Shown here in pieces: positions 60,643 to 64,000 of a DNA stretch of 64,000 nucleotides. The DNA is from Clostridia bacterium. GTDB lineage: Bacteria; Bacillota; Clostridia; TANB77; CAG-508. Positions within the stretch are counted from its first letter, which is position 1; every line of letters starts with the position of its first letter. A program made the translations under genes and the position numbers. Below the pieces are notes generated by a model. The model was not told the DNA's origin. It ran no database searches and saw only the letters and a list, made by a program, of their open reading frames with translations. The stretch spans positions 64,001 to 128,000 of the forward strand of contig JAZUKI010000003.1 of NCBI GenBank assembly GCA_045643205.1, given 5' to 3'.

Positions 60643-62178
60643 TTATCTTTCATTATCAAAATTTTCAAATTTTCTAGAACTATGATGAACTTTTGAATTA
60701 TAACCATATTTAACATGGTCATCTGAATCAATACCTTTATCAACTGCAGCATTAATATCTTTGAAAATCTTATCTCTTCTTTCACATAAAGGTCTTAAGA
60801 AAGAAGCAATGTCATTTCCTAAATCATAGTTAGGACTATTTTTTGGTCTAGATTTATGAAAGAATCCTGTTAAAATTTGGCCACCTTTACCCCATTTAGC
60901 CTCACTAAGTGTTGTTGATACTAATAAAGCTTTTGAATAACTTTGTAATTTTGCTAAATCTTCAACAGATAAATCTTGTAGTTTTATTCCACAAAGCAAT
61001 GCTTGATAAAAGCCTTTAAGTTTATTTAAATCAGAATTAGATAAACCATCTTTTAATTTTGATTTTGTTAAACTTGGAAAATCTAATGTTTGTCCATTCA
61101 TAGTAATACTGAAATTTTCTATATCTGAATCACTGATTATAGGAGAATCAATGATTTGTTCACAATATTCTTGCAAACTTTTTCTATCTTTTAAAGCAGA
61201 AAGGTTTTGTGCCATGATTAACATGTTTCTAGCATTAGGTCCAGTTAACATTTTAAATTTGTTTTTTGAATTTGCAGCATTGAAACTTTGATACAACTCT
61301 TTTGCTTCTTGACTATCAGCAATTTGTTTGCCACGATCAGATAAAGAATCATATGGTGACTTGATAGAAGAACCTGAAACATCTTTACTATCTGATTTAT
61401 TTTCTTCTTTCTTTTCATCTTTGTCAAAAATTTTATAGTTACGTAAAGAATTTTCTAAAGAAGCAAAGAAAGAATTTTTTTCTAAATCAGCATCAGCACG
61501 TAATTTTTCTAATTCTACAAGTTCCTTTTCTGCTATACTAATTTTTCCATTTATAGTAGTTAATTCAGCCTTAGCTTCAGCAGTAAGATCTTGTTGAACA
61601 GTATTTTGAAGAATATTTTGAGCTTTAGGAGCAAGTATTTCAAGTTTTTGTTTTTCTAAGTTGTTAATTCTTGCTTTAGCATCTGCGATGGCTTTATCTA
61701 CTTTAGCTATAAATTGTGCATATTGTTCTTTATATTTTACTGCATTTTTAAGACAATCTTGTTTAGCATCACTTTTTGCTTTTCTAGCTTTAGCAACATC
61801 TTCTGGATAAGGGTCTGTTCCTTCAACAATACTTTCTACAGTTTGAATATCTGCTAAAACTTCAATTTTTTCAGACATTGATAGATGTTTTTTTACCCAA
61901 TCTAATTTTTTATCTTTTGAAGCCTTAGGATTAAAAGAAGCAGATTTATCTAATCTAGATAAGGCTTGATTAATTCTTGATTGTTTTTTTACTACATATT
62001 CAGGTGATTTATTAGTAGCATCAACAATTAATAAATCAGCTAAAATTTCGTCAACATCTACTTTAGCTTTACTACAACTTACCTCAAAGTCAAAAGCAAT
62101 ACCAGATGTATACTTACCTGTTGTATCTTTTACACCAAAACTTTTAAATTCTCTCTTTAAGTTTGAAACGTTACTCAT
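60643..62178 (-). CDS. Hypothetical coiled-coil protein
   Basis: 511-aa ORF, SD AAGGAG, no signal peptide or known motif. Confidence 0.75.
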   Translation of the reverse strand: MSNVSNLKREFKSFGVKDTTGKYTSGIAFDFEVSCSKAKVDVDEILADLLIVDATNKSPEYVVKKQSRINQALSRLDKSASFNPKASKDKKLDWVKKHLSMSEKIEVLADIQTVESIVEGTDPYPEDVAKARKAKSDAKQDCLKNAVKYKEQYAQFIAKVDKAIADAKARINNLEKQKLEILAPKAQNILQNTVQQDLTAEAKAELTTINGKISIAEKELVELEKLRADADLEKNSFFASLENSLRNYKIFDKDEKKEENKSDSKDVSGSSIKSPYDSLSDRGKQIADSQEAKELYQSFNAANSKNKFKMLTGPNARNMLIMAQNLSALKDRKSLQEYCEQIIDSPIISDSDIENFSITMNGQTLDFPSLTKSKLKDGLSNSDLNKLKGFYQALLCGIKLQDLSVEDLAKLQSYSKALLVSTTLSEAKWGKGGQILTGFFHKSRPKNSPNYDLGNDIASFLRPLCERRDKIFKDINAAVDKGIDSDDHVKYGYNSKVHHSSRKFENFDNER

Positions 62179-62448
62179 ATAATTTCTCCTTTAATTTATA
62201 TAAATCATAAACATTTAATGTTATACAACTCATAAATTATTAGTCGTTACAATACAAGTATATTATACCAAAAAAGCGCCATAAAATCAATAAAAACAGG
62301 CAAAATTTCCAATAATTAGTAATTCGAATGCGCAAACTTGAATTTCCCTAAGTTTACGCTAGATAAAAAGAATCAATAAAAACAGACAATTCTAGTAAAA
62401 TAAGCAAATTTGAGATATAATATGCCCAAATTTTAAAAAGGTAATTAT

Positions 62449-63375
62449 ATGAAAAATCGATATAACTATGTAAATGAATATTATAAAAATAAATTTGGAG
62501 AGCGTGTTTTAAAAATTTGTGTTGATGGAGGATTCACTTGCCCAAATAGAGATGGCACCTGTGGGAAAGGTGGTTGTATATTTTGTAGTGAAAGAGGAAG
62601 TGGAGACTTAATAGATAAAAATCCAAGTATAAGAGAGCAAGTGCTAAGCGGGTTAAATTATAAAGATAATCAAGCGCACAAAGCAGAAAAATTTATAGTA
62701 TATTTCCAAAACTTTACTAATACATACGATTCAGTTGAGAATTTAAAAAAGAAATATGATGAAGCATTGTGTGATGAGAGAATAATAGGAATAGATATTG
62801 CAACACGACCAGATTGCATTGATGAAGAAAAAGCAAAACTAATTAAAAGTTATACAAACAAATATTATGTTAGTGTAGAACTGGGTTTACAAACAGCTAA
62901 TGATAAAACAGCAAAGCTAATTAATAGAGGATATGATAGAAATGTTTTTTCTAAAGCAGTAGAAACATTAAGAAAATACAATATAGATGTAATTGTACAT
63001 ATAATGTTAGGACTTCCAAATGAAAGTTTTGAAGATGTAAAGGAAACTGTTAAATTCATTAATGAACATGATGTTCAAGGAATAAAAATTCATTCAACAT
63101 ATATTGTAAAAAACACGAAATTGAATGAGATGTTTGATAATAAAAAATTTATACCAATAAGTTTCGAAGATTATATGGAACAACTATTATATGTAATTAC
63201 ACATATCAATGAAAACTTTGTAATTCATAGATATACAGGCGATCCACCAAAGAAAAATTTTGTTTCACCAGAGTGGCAGTTACATAAAAAGAAAGTTATG
63301 AATACATTAAATAATGTGATGGAAAAACAAAATTTAAAACAAGGAATATATTATAAAAATAAACAACAAAATTAA
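62449..63375 (+). CDS. TIGR01212 radical SAM protein (YhcC/YtqA family)
   Basis: GFTCPNRDG....GGCIFC, YFQNFTNTY, TRPDC, ELGLQT. Confidence 0.92.
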   Translation: MKNRYNYVNEYYKNKFGERVLKICVDGGFTCPNRDGTCGKGGCIFCSERGSGDLIDKNPSIREQVLSGLNYKDNQAHKAEKFIVYFQNFTNTYDSVENLKKKYDEALCDERIIGIDIATRPDCIDEEKAKLIKSYTNKYYVSVELGLQTANDKTAKLINRGYDRNVFSKAVETLRKYNIDVIVHIMLGLPNESFEDVKETVKFINEHDVQGIKIHSTYIVKNTKLNEMFDNKKFIPISFEDYMEQLLYVITHINENFVIHRYTGDPPKKNFVSPEWQLHKKKVMNTLNNVMEKQNLKQGIYYKNKQQN

Positions 63376-63503
63376 ATGAAGTAATGTGTTGTCTCAACAA
63401 TTAATTTCAATGTAGAAATGATCACTAAAATAATTAGTAAAAAATTGAAAAACAAAATATGCTATGCTAAAATAAAAATGAATTATTTTAATTGGAGAAT
63501 AAA

Positions 63504-64000
63504 ATGAAAGAATACAAAATCAATGATTTGATAGGATTTTATAATGAATATTCAAAAACTTATAAAAGATCTGAAGAAGAACTTCATAATGATGATAAAA
63601 ATGTTATTTATAACAATTTTGAAGATATGCTAAAGTATATAAATTCAGCAGTAGAAGATGAAAAAATTACTGAAGAACAAGCTTTTGAAATGGCATTTAA
63701 AGCTGTTAAAGCAGATGATTATATAGAAATATTATATCCTAATTTAAGGGAAGCGAGCCAAGAAGAAAGAGAAGCAATTAAAAAAGAAAGATTATTCATT
63801 TTTAGAAACATGCAAGACATAGAGATTGAATGCTTAGGTATTAAAAAAGAATATTCATCACAAGACAAAGAATATACAAATCAAGAAGTTATAAGAGTAG
63901 CAGTAGATAAATTAAAAAATAAAAGAGAAGCTGGAGTTATAACTGCAGCAGATATTGAAAGCGACATGAAAAAGGGAAAAATTGATCCTGAGAAACTAAC
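63504..64000 (+). CDS. Hypothetical protein, 3' end outside window
   Basis: SD GGAG then ATG at 63504; frame open to the window end (MKEYKINDLIGFYNEY...). Confidence 0.65.
   Translation, partial: MKEYKINDLIGFYNEYSKTYKRSEEELHNDDKNVIYNNFEDMLKYINSAVEDEKITEEQAFEMAFKAVKADDYIEILYPNLREASQEEREAIKKERLFIFRNMQDIEIECLGIKKEYSSQDKEYTNQEVIRVAVDKLKNKREAGVITAADIESDMKKGKIDPEKL

Overview
Very AT-rich Clostridia-like (Bacillota) chromosomal window spanning the replication origin: parB-parA-rsmG-mnmG-mnmE-jag-yidC-yidD-rnpA-rpmH on the minus strand, then dnaA-oriC-dnaN-recF-gyrB...gyrA on the plus strand. It also holds eight tRNA genes, a SAM-I riboswitch in front of metK, and many housekeeping and orphan genes. 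The origin gene set looks streamlined, with no noc, yyaC, yaaA or remB at their usual positions. The main finding is a minimal type IV secretion (T4SS)-like gene set embedded among core replication genes in two pieces. A TrsD/TraC-like gene, virB4 (apparently starting at ATA) and an Asn-rich orphan sit between gyrB and gyrA. An operon of virD4, a VirB2-like pilin, virB6 and prgI/virB3 follows the dnaD/dnaC-like pair. No relaxase, integrase or element ends are visible, so this looks like a domesticated, non-mobile T4SS reminiscent of the core T4SS of Patescibacteria. Other oddities are an NRPS condensation-domain/HD-GYP fusion, an SF2 helicase with four 252-bp repeats inside a direct-repeat-bounded cassette, DnaA boxes overlapping the dnaA start codon and forming a hairpin after dnaN, and an inverted-repeat-flanked hydrolase gene. 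All protein assignments come from motif recognition by eye, and no database searches were run.
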